Of a stretch of DNA of 64,000 nt, positions 63,855-64,000 are shown in pieces. The stretch comes from an uncultured Acidobacteriota bacterium (GTDB taxonomy: Bacteria; Acidobacteriota; Blastocatellia; RBC074). The notes beneath the pieces were generated by a model. The model had not been told where the DNA came from, made no database searches, and was given only the letters and a program-made list of their open reading frames with translations. The translations under genes and the position numbers were made by a program. Location of the stretch: assembly GCA_963796275.1 (NCBI GenBank), contig CAWCKY010000006.1, positions 1,760,001 to 1,824,000 on the forward strand. Direction: 5' to 3'. Numbering within the stretch: position 1 is the first letter of the stretch; every line of letters begins with the position of its first letter.

Positions 63855-64000
63855 ATTGTTCTCTAGTGCAAAACCCCAGATATGCTGTTTTATTGGGTAA
63901 ATCGATTATTTGTTGATACTCGAACCCCGCCCGCTTGTTCAGAATATGTATCTTTTCGTTTCTGACATCCGGTTCTACTACTATTCGGCTCACTCTTGCA
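63805..64000 (-). CDS. siderophore N-acyltransferase (IucB/DesC/AlcB-like GNAT), 3' end
   Basis: 'RIVVEPDVRNEKIHILNKRAGFEY...KTAYLGFCTREQY'; partial at the window edge. Confidence 0.85.
   Translation of the reverse strand, partial: ARVSRIVVEPDVRNEKIHILNKRAGFEYQQIIDLPNKTAYLGFCTREQYESNNNNKKSSNENIH

Noticed and set aside
1-64000. CRISPR arrays, tRNA, rRNA, reverse transcriptase/DGR or retron
   Set aside because: By eye I found no regularly spaced repeats, no cloverleaf/T-loop signature and no RT motifs. A computational scan was not possible.

Overview
Bacterial genomic DNA, most likely Acidobacteriota (Blastocatellia-like). This is inferred from the PadR/ADOP permease remnants, the ECF sigma + Ser/Thr kinase pair, the wHTH-TolB-TPR regulator, the Oar-type TonB receptor and the RHS gene. 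I saw no rRNA, tRNA or CRISPR array. Bases 1-40,000 are an accessory mosaic: PA14/FN3 protein, internally deleted RHS toxin plus putative immunity gene, orphan umuC, tricorn protease, vanadium haloperoxidase, prophage remnants, a broken GH2, an ankyrin gene, several integron attC sites with no integrase, and IS200/IS605 remnants. Bases 40,300-61,700 hold a cluster of exported redox and hydrolytic enzymes: a Tat-signal ThDP enzyme, cytochrome c, a VOC protein, four alpha/beta hydrolases, DUF6351, two heme c-copper monooxygenase fusions, a PQQ-heme PVA-dehydrogenase-like enzyme and a TonB receptor. Two copies of a shared palindromic operator lie in this cluster. The window ends in an NIS siderophore operon. 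The two best candidates for something new are (1) this periplasmic oxidative catabolism locus and (2) a structured ~120-nt leader RNA in front of the ankyrin gene. Many genes are frameshifted or chimeric, so assembly error has to be excluded. All family calls come from motif recognition by eye; no database searches were run.
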